A DNA stretch of 64,000 nt from Deltaproteobacteria bacterium (lineage in GTDB: Bacteria > Myxococcota_A > UBA796 > SXON01). Under the pieces are notes generated by a model. It was not told the origin of the DNA and did no database searches. It worked only from the letters and a program-made list of their open reading frames with translations. Below, one piece after another: positions 45,749 to 54,791 of the stretch (positions are counted from its first letter, which is position 1; every line of letters begins with the position of its first letter). The stretch is from contig BJHF01000018.1 in NCBI GenBank assembly GCA_014191855.1, positions 3,990-67,989 of the forward strand, written 5' to 3'. A program made the position numbers and the translations under genes.

Positions 45749-46698
45749 CGGACGATGTCCTCCCACCAGGCTCGCCCCTGCCAGAGCAGGCGCAGCATCG
45801 CCAGCTCGCCGCGGGTCCAGTCCGGTGCGTCCCGACGGCGATCCGCGAACCACTGTGGCGAATCGGCGAGGCCGCGCAGCAGCCCTTCCATGGCGGCGAG
45901 CCGCGCACCCGCGGGAACGTCGTGACCGGGCCCTCGCCCCGTCACCCCGAGTCCGGCGAACAACAGGTACCGGGCGGCCGTCGTGAACGGCAGCGCCGCG
46001 ACGGCGGACGCGGGCATCGAACGGACCGCGGCGCGCACGCGATTGTGCTCGATACGGCGGATCTTCTCGGCTGACACGCGCCCCCAAGAGGCCCCGAGAT
46101 GGTGGTCCACCACCGCGTCGGGGACCACGAAAAACGGAGCACCGCGCCGGTGCAGGCGCAGGGCAAGGTCTACATCCTCGCCGAAGCTGCCGAAGCGCTC
46201 GTCGAAACCACCCAGCGCCTCCCACCACGACCTCGCGATCAGCACGGCAGCGCCCGAGAACCCACCAGGAACATCATGGATCTCGCGGTCAGGCCCGTTG
46301 CGCCCGCGCGCCCACACGCTGCCATCGGGCAAGAAGCCGAGCCCCACGTTGTCCAGGCGGCCGGAGCCGTCCGCGAGCCGGATGCGCGGCTGATACACGC
46401 CCGGTACGCTCCATGTATCAACCAGACGGGCGACACAGTCGGGAGCGAGGCGCGTATCGTCGTTGAGCAGCAACACTTCGCCGGTGGTTGCGCGAACCCC
46501 GGCGTTGGCGGCCTGTGCATACCCGACGTTTGCACCGAGCTGAAGCGCCGGCGCATCCACCGGCAGGGCGCCGTTCGACACCACGACGAGCAGCTCGTCC
46601 ACGGGGCGTGTCTGTGCGCGGAGCGAAGCGATACAGTCACGGAGAAGCTCGCCGCCGCGATGCGTGACGACGATGGCGGCGACGCGGATTATCGGCAC
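45745..46698 (-). CDS. GT2 glycosyltransferase (WbbL/rhamnosyltransferase-like)
   Basis: NVGYAQAANAG, LLNDD, GFSGAAVL and LGGFDERF..GEDVDL motifs. Confidence 0.87.
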   Translation of the reverse strand: MPIIRVAAIVVTHRGGELLRDCIASLRAQTRPVDELLVVVSNGALPVDAPALQLGANVGYAQAANAGVRATTGEVLLLNDDTRLAPDCVARLVDTWSVPGVYQPRIRLADGSGRLDNVGLGFLPDGSVWARGRNGPDREIHDVPGGFSGAAVLIARSWWEALGGFDERFGSFGEDVDLALRLHRRGAPFFVVPDAVVDHHLGASWGRVSAEKIRRIEHNRVRAAVRSMPASAVAALPFTTAARYLLFAGLGVTGRGPGHDVPAGARLAAMEGLLRGLADSPQWFADRRRDAPDWTRGELAMLRLLWQGRAWWEDIVR

Positions 46699-47615
46699 GC
46701 CTCGTCGGCCGCGCGCGCCAGACCGACCGCGCGCGCCAGCTCATCCACGACGGCGGGCGGCGCGTGAACGGCATCCGAATCGGTGTCCTTCCGCCACTTT
46801 GCGACCGCCGCCCGCAACGTGGCCGCCGACTCCGTTGCCCGCTTCCCCGCGCTCCCCGCCGCCAAAGCCGCGGCCTGCGCGACCTGCGCCTCAGGCGGGA
46901 AACCGAGGTACACGTAGTTCTTCGCGGCCGCCGATGCCGTCTGCCCCGCTGAGTCCACCCGAAACGCCAGCGTGTCGAGCTCCCCCGCCACTCGGGTGAG
47001 GTTTCGCCGCAGCTCTGCCATCGTTACCGACGCTTCCCCCAGCGCCGCGCGGAGGTCGGCCACCTTCTCCGGCTCCGGCGCCGCGCTCGGCGACAGCGCC
47101 GACGTCGGGTCGAGACTCAGCGAAAGACGTGCATCGCCCGAGCGAACCCGGGCCTCGTACCGGGCGCTCGTGAGCACCAGCGCCATCGTGGCATCCGCGT
47201 GCGCGCGCCCCCAGAGCTCCAGCCGCTCCACCTCGTGGCTGGCCTGCTCGCTCAGCCTGTCCGTTTCACGTGCTTGCTCTTGTGTTTTCATGGTCCAATC
47301 GGTCCACCGCGCATCCGAGAGCCCCTTCGCCGTGCCGCCCACCCGCGAAGCGCGAGTGAATGCATCTTGCGCCGCCTCACCGCGGCTCATCCCGGTGTCG
47401 GGAGGGGCGGCAGCTACGGCCTGCGCGAGGCTCGATTCTACCGTTTCGACCGCCGCTCGGCTGGCCAGCGCCTGCTGGGCCGCCTCCGCAGACGCCGCAT
47501 CCAACGTCGATTGCAGCGTGGCCCACTCGGCAGCGTCGGCCTCGGTTGCGGCGGTGCACGCCTGGTGTTTCTCCCACCATCCGCAGCCGGCCACCAACAC
47601 GAACATCATCAACAT
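46689..47615 (-). CDS. Hypothetical Ala-rich helical lipoprotein
   Basis: MLMMFVLVAGC lipobox and coiled-coil-like body. Confidence 0.6.
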   Translation of the reverse strand: MLMMFVLVAGCGWWEKHQACTAATEADAAEWATLQSTLDAASAEAAQQALASRAAVETVESSLAQAVAAAPPDTGMSRGEAAQDAFTRASRVGGTAKGLSDARWTDWTMKTQEQARETDRLSEQASHEVERLELWGRAHADATMALVLTSARYEARVRSGDARLSLSLDPTSALSPSAAPEPEKVADLRAALGEASVTMAELRRNLTRVAGELDTLAFRVDSAGQTASAAAKNYVYLGFPPEAQVAQAAALAAGSAGKRATESAATLRAAVAKWRKDTDSDAVHAPPAVVDELARAVGLARAADEACR

Positions 47616-47686
47616 CCGCCGATGGTATCGCACTCGGGCCCGACAGCGCGAGCGGGTTAGACCGGGCGGCCTTACCGGAGCCTTAC

Positions 47687-49090
47687 ATGGAATCGAAGTC
47701 CTACACCGCAATCGTGCTCGGCGCCGGGCCCGGCGGCTACCCGTGCGCGATCCGCCTCGGCCAGTTGGGCGTGAAAACGCTGGTGATCGAGCGCGAATAC
47801 TGGGGTGGGGTGTGCCTGAACGTGGGGTGCATCCCCAGCAAGGCGCTGATCACCGCCGGCAAGCGCCTCGAAGAGATCCACCACGCGGATGCGATGGGGA
47901 TCGAAGTTTCCGGCACGGCCATCGTGAACATGACCAAACTCCAGGCCTGGAAAGGCACGGTGGTGAACAAGCTCACGGGCGGCGTGCGCACGCTGCTCAA
48001 GGCGAACAAGGTGGACATGTTGGTGGGCGCCGCGAAATTCGTGAGCCCGAAGGTGCTGGAGGTGCAGACTGCTGATGGCGTGGTGCGGGTGGAGGCGGAG
48101 CAGGTGGTGATCGCCGTGGGGAGCCGCCCCATCGAGATCCCGGGCTTCTCGTTCAAGGATGCGCGCGTGCTCGACAGCACCAAGGCGCTCGCGTTGGCCG
48201 AGGTGCCGAAGCGCCTCGCGGTGATCGGCGGCGGCTACATCGGTCTTGAGATGGGCAGCATGTTTGCCAAGCTCGGCTCGGCCGTGACGGTGATCGAGGC
48301 GGCCGACCAGGTGCTCCCGGGTTTCGACGTGGATGCGGTGAAGGTGATCGAGCGGCGGCTGAAGAAAGACAAGGTGAAGGTGTCGACGAAGTCCCAGGCC
48401 CTGAGCTGGGAAGAAGGGGAGGCCGGTGCCATCCTGAAGTTCCGCACCCCCGAAGGCGAGCAGACGGTGGAGGTGGACTACATCCTCGTGACGGTGGGGC
48501 GGCGGCCGAACACAGACACCTGCAACCTCGAAGCGACGGGCGTGGCGATGGAAGGGCGGTTCATCAAGACGGATGACCAGCTCAAGACGAGCGTTCCCGG
48601 CGTGTTCGCCATCGGCGATTGCACGACGGGGCTCATGTTGGCGCACAAGGCGACGCACGACGGCGAAGTGGCGGCCGAGGTGGTGGCCGGACATCCCGCG
48701 CACAACGTGGCGAAAACGGTGCCGGCGGTGGTGTTCACAGATCCCGAGATCGCGACGGCCGGGCTGATGGAGCACGAAGCCAAAGCCAAGGGCTACGCCG
48801 TGAAGGTGGGGAAGGTGCCGTACGCAGCGATCGGTCGTGCGCTGACGACGGGCGACACCGACGGGTTCATCAAGGTGATCGTCGACGCCAAGAACAACCG
48901 CGTGCTCGGCGTGACCATCGCCGGGGCCCACGCGAGCGACCTGATCAGCGAGGCCGCGCTCGCGATCGAGATGGACTGCGAGGCGCTCGACATCGGCCTG
49001 ACCATCCATCCGCACCCGACCCTCGGGGAAGGCGTGATGGAGGCGGCGAAAGCGGCGCTCGGGCAGGCGGTTCATGTGGTGAACGCCTGA
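47687..49090 (+). CDS. lpdA: Dihydrolipoyl dehydrogenase
   Basis: GAGPGGY, GGVCLNVGCIPSK redox disulfide, GGGYIGLE and HPHPTLGE motifs. Confidence 0.96.
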   Translation: MESKSYTAIVLGAGPGGYPCAIRLGQLGVKTLVIEREYWGGVCLNVGCIPSKALITAGKRLEEIHHADAMGIEVSGTAIVNMTKLQAWKGTVVNKLTGGVRTLLKANKVDMLVGAAKFVSPKVLEVQTADGVVRVEAEQVVIAVGSRPIEIPGFSFKDARVLDSTKALALAEVPKRLAVIGGGYIGLEMGSMFAKLGSAVTVIEAADQVLPGFDVDAVKVIERRLKKDKVKVSTKSQALSWEEGEAGAILKFRTPEGEQTVEVDYILVTVGRRPNTDTCNLEATGVAMEGRFIKTDDQLKTSVPGVFAIGDCTTGLMLAHKATHDGEVAAEVVAGHPAHNVAKTVPAVVFTDPEIATAGLMEHEAKAKGYAVKVGKVPYAAIGRALTTGDTDGFIKVIVDAKNNRVLGVTIAGAHASDLISEAALAIEMDCEALDIGLTIHPHPTLGEGVMEAAKAALGQAVHVVNA

Positions 49091-49103
49091 GCCGGGAGCG
49101 CGC

Positions 49104-50549
49104 TCAGAACGCCTGGCCGAAGCCGAGCACCACCCCCCACCCGAGCCCCTCCGGGCTCCAGCCGACGTCGATCCTTGTGACGTTGTCGCGCCCTGGCGGG
49201 AGTACCAGCCGCACCCCGCCGCCAACGGTGGCGTGGGGGCCATCGCACACGGCGGAGTCCACGAACAATGCACCTTCGACGGGCCCCGCGATCGGGTGGC
49301 GCAGCTCCAACTGAAGGGCGGCCAGAACGGGGTCGCGGAAGCGGCCGTACGGGAGCCCGCGCAGCAGCGTGGTTCCGCCGATCGCGGGCAGCAGATACCA
49401 GGCCGACTCCATCGGTGTCACCTCCCCAGAGACGCGGGCCGCCAGCTCGCCCTTGCCGACGGGGCGCGCAACGCGGAAGTCCGCGGTGACGTCGAGGTGC
49501 AAATCGGCGTCGTCCGGTTCGACCAGGAATCGGCCGCCGACCGAGAAGTTGTAGCGGCGCTTTGAATCGGCCACACGGAGGGAGAGGTGCGGGCCGAGGG
49601 CCACCACCTGCTTCGGACCGCGGGGATGAGGGTCAATCGGGTCGGGCAGCATCACTAGTGAATCAAGTACGGAGGCCCTGGGGTAGTTTTCCTCCCCCAC
49701 GGTGATGTCCCCTCGATGAGCGTAGAGCCCGGCCACGCCGCCGGTGATCGAGAGCGGCGCCCAGGTGTGGCCGACGCTCAGGACCGCATCGCCGCGGTCG
49801 AACGCGAACCCCGCCGCGCCGTACTCCCACCGGTAGAGGGTACCATGCGAGTATGCCAGGGAGATCGCCGGGCTCGCGGGGAGGTTCGCGGCGAAGGACG
49901 CGCTGCCGCCTGCTTGGAGGGAGCTGTCGACCCAGCCGCTGAGCGTGAGTCGGTGGCGGCGAAACGCGAAGTCTGGATCGACGAAGCGAACAAACCCGCC
50001 GAGGCCGGTGAGCGGCGCGGCCGTGAGACCCAGGCCAAGGGTCCAGGTGCCGGGGTCGGGAGGCTCCGCGCGGCCCGTGGCCTGCATGGCGCGAGACATG
50101 CCGTCGTTCCCGGTGGCGGGCCACTCCGCAAGCGGGACATCGGCGCCCCGTGCGGCTGCGAGTCGGAGGCGTGCGGTGGCGGCGGCGGCGACGGACGTGT
50201 TGGCGAGCAGGGGCTGGAGCAAGGCGACGGCTTCGTCGGGGCTGCCCCCCGCGAAAGCGGGGACGAGCAACGCGCGGTCGGCAGCCGCGAGGACGCACCA
50301 GGGCTCCGTGGCGGGGCACGCGGCAAGCGCCGCATTCCACGCCCCCTCATGCCAGAACGGCGCGAGGTTGCCCTCCCGATGCACCAAGCGCAGGTGGGCC
50401 ATCGCCTCGACGGCGCGGCACGCCGGCTCGGCGCACGCTTCAGCGCCGGCCAGCGCGCCCTTCCACGCCACCACCGCCACACCACGCTCCCCACCCCACC
50501 ACGCTTCATCGCCCACAGACAGCGCCTCGGTCACCTCCACGCCGGTCAC
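49104..50549 (-). CDS. Omp85/BamA-TamA-like outer-membrane beta-barrel protein with helical N-terminus
   Basis: LRGLPYGRFRD loop-6-like motif, ELRHPI, GGGVRL and terminal FGQAF. No clear signal peptide at this start. Confidence 0.65.
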   Translation of the reverse strand: MTGVEVTEALSVGDEAWWGGERGVAVVAWKGALAGAEACAEPACRAVEAMAHLRLVHREGNLAPFWHEGAWNAALAACPATEPWCVLAAADRALLVPAFAGGSPDEAVALLQPLLANTSVAAAATARLRLAAARGADVPLAEWPATGNDGMSRAMQATGRAEPPDPGTWTLGLGLTAAPLTGLGGFVRFVDPDFAFRRHRLTLSGWVDSSLQAGGSASFAANLPASPAISLAYSHGTLYRWEYGAAGFAFDRGDAVLSVGHTWAPLSITGGVAGLYAHRGDITVGEENYPRASVLDSLVMLPDPIDPHPRGPKQVVALGPHLSLRVADSKRRYNFSVGGRFLVEPDDADLHLDVTADFRVARPVGKGELAARVSGEVTPMESAWYLLPAIGGTTLLRGLPYGRFRDPVLAALQLELRHPIAGPVEGALFVDSAVCDGPHATVGGGVRLVLPPGRDNVTRIDVGWSPEGLGWGVVLGFGQAF

Positions 50550-50562
50550 AGCGGGCGCCCGT

Positions 50563-51987
50563 TCACTGTTCGTACCCCAGGGCTTCGAGCTGTTTACGGG
50601 TTTCGTCCGAGAGGTTCACGACGGGCGGGAGCGGCGAGCCCCGCTGGGCGGCGCCGCTGGTGGGCGCGTCGGGGGGGAACAGCGCGAAGGGACCTGGACC
50701 GCTCCACGTGTGCTCGCGCGCCGACCCGTCGGCGAAGATCCAGCCGGGCGTGATGAGCGGCCCGGAGGCGGTCCACCGATCCCCGACGCTCGCCCATGCA
50801 CGGGCAACGAGCGCCTGGTCAACCCCGGGGATCTTCGTCAACTCTCCCGCGTCCACCGCCTCATCGTAGAGGGCCTCGGTGCCCGCCGCGAAGTCGAGAT
50901 CCAGGCGTTGGTCGCCGCTGAGCAGGCCGAGCCGCGCGCTGTCGAAGCGGCTGGTGTCGAAGACCTGATCCCGCTTCGGCGGAACCACGCCGAGCACGTT
51001 CACGCCCTCCGCCTTGAACGGCACCTTCGCCAGCGCCGCGATCGTGGCCGAAACATCCAGTACCCCCACCCGGTCCTCCCGAACCGCGGCCTCCGGCACG
51101 CCCGCGCCGCTCACGATCAACGGCACCCGCATCGCCTCCGGATACAAGGTGTGGGCGTGGCCCCAGCCGCCATGTTCGCCAAACTCTTCGCCGTGATCGG
51201 CGGTGACAATCCAGGTTGCCGGCCGGCTCCCCCACGCGGTGTGCAAGCGTTGGAGCTGCGTGTCGGCGTAGTTGATGCACTCGTCGTATTGCGCGAGCAA
51301 GTGGAGCCAACGCTCGGGGGTGATCAGGTTTTTGAGGGTCCACTCGTAGGATCGGTAACGCTGCGACTTCTTGGTGCCGGCCCGGTCGTACCGCAGGTTG
51401 AAGGGCTCCGGAGGGAGGTAGGGATAATGTACATCGTAGAGGTGCACGAACAAAAACACGGGCTTGCTCCCCGCGCCCTTGGCCCACTCCACCGCCGCAT
51501 CCACCACCTGCTCGCCGCGGACTGTGTGCTGCAGATTCTTCTTCTGCTGGATATCGAAGTCGTCGAAGCGATCGAAGCCCCGCTCGAAGCCATAGATATC
51601 CGACACGTAAATGGTGGAGACAAAGCCGCCGGTGGCGAACCCGCTGGACTGAAGCGCCGCCTGGATCAGGGGCAGGTCGGCGGGAATATGGCGATCGTCT
51701 TCCACGACGCCGTGTTCAAGCGGCCCCTGGCCGGAAAGCATGGATACGTGCGAGGGCAGGGTCCAGGGCGACACCGTGCGGGCTTCGGTGAAGCGCTGGC
51801 CCTTCAGGGCTAGTTCGTCGAGGAAGGGACTCGGGCTCGGGTCCCGCGCGCTGCCGTAGCTACCGAGGTGATCCGGGCGGAGGCTGTCAATGGAGACGAG
51901 GATCACGTCGGGACGGGCAGGATCCCCGGTTGGGAGGCTGGAGCCGCCCCCGGCGCAGGCGAGGAGCGAGCTGACGAGTGAAATCAC
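50563..51987 (-). CDS. Alkaline-phosphatase superfamily sulfatase-like lipoprotein
   Basis: Lipobox SLLAC; VSIDSLRPDHL, WTLPSHVS, HLYDVHYPY and TADHGEEF motifs. Confidence 0.85.
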   Translation of the reverse strand: MISLVSSLLACAGGGSSLPTGDPARPDVILVSIDSLRPDHLGSYGSARDPSPSPFLDELALKGQRFTEARTVSPWTLPSHVSMLSGQGPLEHGVVEDDRHIPADLPLIQAALQSSGFATGGFVSTIYVSDIYGFERGFDRFDDFDIQQKKNLQHTVRGEQVVDAAVEWAKGAGSKPVFLFVHLYDVHYPYLPPEPFNLRYDRAGTKKSQRYRSYEWTLKNLITPERWLHLLAQYDECINYADTQLQRLHTAWGSRPATWIVTADHGEEFGEHGGWGHAHTLYPEAMRVPLIVSGAGVPEAAVREDRVGVLDVSATIAALAKVPFKAEGVNVLGVVPPKRDQVFDTSRFDSARLGLLSGDQRLDLDFAAGTEALYDEAVDAGELTKIPGVDQALVARAWASVGDRWTASGPLITPGWIFADGSAREHTWSGPGPFALFPPDAPTSGAAQRGSPLPPVVNLSDETRKQLEALGYEQ

Positions 51988-53363
51988 CACCAGCTCCTCC
52001 ACAACGGCCACGCTACCGGCAAGAAGCGAAGCATCAAGACCAAGAGCACGGCAGTGACACCCACGGCACCCCACAGCCGGCGGTGGTCCGCCTTCAGCGC
52101 AACCCACGCAGCTCGGGGATCCGCCAGCAACCCGCCCGCGAACACCATCCAGAGCGGCTCTAGCGGAACCCGGTATCGCGACAATCCAGCCAGACAGGCG
52201 ATCGCAGCGACGTGGTACGCCACGATCAGGGCGGCCCCAACCAGGTACCACCCGCGGCCCCTCGCGAACGCACCGATGGTGCCGCCGACCATGACCACGA
52301 AGGAAAAGACCGGAACCAGGACAATCAACGCCTCTTCACCTGCGGCAGGAAGGCTCTTCCAGCGACCGGTGCGCAGGTTGCGGGTGAGCAAGCTGTGGGG
52401 CGTAAGCATCTGCGATACCCGGAGCGGAACCCGAGACACAAACTCCGTCGGATTGGCTTTGATCCAGGCGGCTCCAGCCGCCATCTCGCAAGCGTCCTGC
52501 CTGGTGGGACTGAGCTCGAAGTCACAATGCGGGCGACCGGTGCCCGTGATGCGATCGAACTCCCGATCGTCGATGATCCCATTCCCATAGTCAAAGGAGA
52601 TCGGGGCATAATCGTTGTTCCCCAGCCACATCATCTGACCCAGGGTGCGGTCCGACAAGACAAAGCCACCGAACTTCTGCGTCGCGTATGCGCTATAGGG
52701 GGACACGACGAGGGCAGCAGCCAGCGTCGTCGCCACCACCGTTTTCCACGCCGCGACGCTCCGGGTGCGCCCCCACAACAGCGTGACCGCGATGCACGGA
52801 AGCATGTAGGTGGCAACACCACGAAACAACACACACGCGCCCAACAGGACGCCGACGAGCACGCCGCGCGACCAGTGGGCGGGAGCCTCGCTCGCCTCTA
52901 CCCCGGGCGCCTCGCCTCGGGCCCAACCCACCGCTGAGACCATTCCGAACAGCAACGCGGTATAGAAACACTCGCTCCACAAGCTCGACGCATAGAAGAT
53001 GTGGGTGGGGTTGACGGCCAACAACATCGCCGCGATGAACGCCGCACGACTCCCGAAGTGAGCCTTGGTGAATCGCCAAACGAGCCAGATCGTGAGGCAG
53101 GCGATGATCACCTGGGTGTACTTCACGTCCTTCATCTTCCCGAACAGCTTTACGTGCGCCGCGATGATCGACGGATACCCCGGCGCCCACAGCCAGCCGC
53201 GCGTGCCGACCATCCCCTGCCCTCGCCAGATGCTCGACGCGAGATCGCCGTACGTGCATTCGTCGCGCACACAGGGGCGTCGCGACCATTCCTCGATGGG
53301 CAGGATCCGCAGCACCGCGCCAAGCGCGATGGAGGCGGCGAGTCCAGTGTCGAAGCGGGGCAC
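51984..53363 (-). CDS. GT-C fold membrane glycosyltransferase (ArnT/GT39-like)
   Basis: Polytopic; RDECTY, WAPGYP, LWSECFY and LSRYRVP motifs. Start could extend to 53456. Confidence 0.8.
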   Translation of the reverse strand: MPRFDTGLAASIALGAVLRILPIEEWSRRPCVRDECTYGDLASSIWRGQGMVGTRGWLWAPGYPSIIAAHVKLFGKMKDVKYTQVIIACLTIWLVWRFTKAHFGSRAAFIAAMLLAVNPTHIFYASSLWSECFYTALLFGMVSAVGWARGEAPGVEASEAPAHWSRGVLVGVLLGACVLFRGVATYMLPCIAVTLLWGRTRSVAAWKTVVATTLAAALVVSPYSAYATQKFGGFVLSDRTLGQMMWLGNNDYAPISFDYGNGIIDDREFDRITGTGRPHCDFELSPTRQDACEMAAGAAWIKANPTEFVSRVPLRVSQMLTPHSLLTRNLRTGRWKSLPAAGEEALIVLVPVFSFVVMVGGTIGAFARGRGWYLVGAALIVAYHVAAIACLAGLSRYRVPLEPLWMVFAGGLLADPRAAWVALKADHRRLWGAVGVTAVLLVLMLRFLPVAWPLWRSWW

Positions 53364-53434
53364 CAGCCGCTGCCTAACCCCGATCGCCCGGCCCCGATTG
53401 TCGAACCCCGAACGGCGCTTAGGATCGCCGCACC

Positions 53435-54541
53435 ATGCTGCTGCGCGCGCTCGCACTCGCCGTCGTGTTCGCCCTCGGCGGCGCCGGAAACGCCCTCGCC
53501 GAGCCCGGTCCGACGTGGCGGCCAGCTCCAGAAAGTGCTGCTCGTCCCAGCGTTACCGAGCCTGCGGAAGGGTGGTTCACGGCGCCCGGACTGTACGCCG
53601 ATGTGCACGGGGAGTGGGCCGACCGCGCCACCGTCACGCGACTCGCGAACCACGCAGCCACGAGCGTGCCCGCGCTCGCCAAACGCCTGGGTCTGCGCCC
53701 GGGAGCAACGATGGACGTGTACATCACGCCCTCCGAAGCGGCGTTTCATGAGCTTCAGCCGGGCCGCACACCCGACTGGGCCGATGGCACGGCGTGGCCA
53801 AGCTGGTCTCTGATCTTCCTGAAGTCGCCTTCGATCCGCTCGGGCACGGCCACCAGCCTGGAGACCGTGCTCGACCACGAGTTGGTGCACGTACTGTTGG
53901 GCCAGGCCTTTGGCGGGCGCCCGGTGCCGCGCTGGCTGCAAGAGGGCATGGCGCAGTTCTACAGCGGTGAGGCGAGCTGGGAGCGCTCGATTGCCCTGGC
54001 GAAGAACGACTTTGGGCTCGCGCCGCTCCCGCTGGGCACGATCACCACCGGCTTCCCCCCCGATGCGCTTCGCGCGCAGCTCGCCTATGCCCAGAGCGCC
54101 GACTTCATCGCGTGGATCGCCGGCCGGAACGGGGAAGGAGCCCTCCGGACGCTCGTTTCCGAGCTGGCAACGGGCGCGAAGGTGAACGACGCGATCCGCG
54201 CCTGCACCGGCCTCAGCCTCGACGAGGCGAACGACGCTTGGCTCGGCAGCGTGCCGTCGGCATCCGCGCTGTACCGATGGGCCACCAACTCCCAGCTCCA
54301 CTGGGCCATCGGCGCGGGCTTCCTGGGCCTCGCAGCCTGGCGCCGCACACAGGCTGGCAAGGTGAAACTCGCGCGGTGGGAAGCCGAGGAAGCCGCGCGC
54401 ACGGCCGAGCTGTTTCGGCAAGCGGAGCTCCGCGCCGAAGCGGCCAGGAACGGCACCGAAGGCTTCTGGGCCATGGCCGCGCTGGCTCCGCCGCGCCCGC
54501 GGCGAGTCGTGATCGACTCATCGGCGCAGCGGGCGACTTAG
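53435..54541 (+). CDS. Exported gluzincin metallopeptidase (peptidase MA-like)
   Basis: Signal peptide, LDHELVH and WLQEGMAQ motifs, C-terminal TM helix. Confidence 0.85.
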   Translation: MLLRALALAVVFALGGAGNALAEPGPTWRPAPESAARPSVTEPAEGWFTAPGLYADVHGEWADRATVTRLANHAATSVPALAKRLGLRPGATMDVYITPSEAAFHELQPGRTPDWADGTAWPSWSLIFLKSPSIRSGTATSLETVLDHELVHVLLGQAFGGRPVPRWLQEGMAQFYSGEASWERSIALAKNDFGLAPLPLGTITTGFPPDALRAQLAYAQSADFIAWIAGRNGEGALRTLVSELATGAKVNDAIRACTGLSLDEANDAWLGSVPSASALYRWATNSQLHWAIGAGFLGLAAWRRTQAGKVKLARWEAEEAARTAELFRQAELRAEAARNGTEGFWAMAALAPPRPRRVVIDSSAQRAT

Positions 54542-54568
54542 CCTCACTACCGCCTCGTGTTGGCACCA

Positions 54569-54770
54569 GGGGTCCGGAAATCCGCCATTGTACCGACCCC
54601 TATCGCTCCTCGCTGACGCCAGCAGACGGGTGACGTCCCTGCCGGAACCAGCGGACGTCCCGCTGCGGGACTCCGCTGGGCCGGTAGGGGCGGCAGGACC
54701 CGTCCCGCCTACGGTGTCAGCCCGCTGTTGAAGTCGATCGCGGGCAACGGTCGGCGTTTCTTGATACCCC
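54569..54770 (+). ncRNA. Rod-shaped structured RNA, probable 6S RNA
   Basis: Nested complementarity: GGGGT/ACCCC (54569-73/54766-70), an imperfect closing stem, a ~21/23-nt central bubble, GCTGACGCC/GGTGTCAGC, GACGGGT/ACCCGTC, CCTGCCG/CGGCAGG, CCAGCGGA/TCCGCTGG and GTCCCG/CGGGAC. G-U pairs favour the + strand. Confidence 0.6.
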
Positions 54771-54791
54771 TCGCGCCTCCCGAGCCCCCCG

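Noticed and set aside
54569-54770. Alternative identity as SRP RNA, tmRNA or RNase P RNA
   Set aside because: No SRP domain-IV GGAAGGAAGCAG loop, no tRNA-like CCA end or tag ORF, and no RNase P GAGGAAAGUCC motif.
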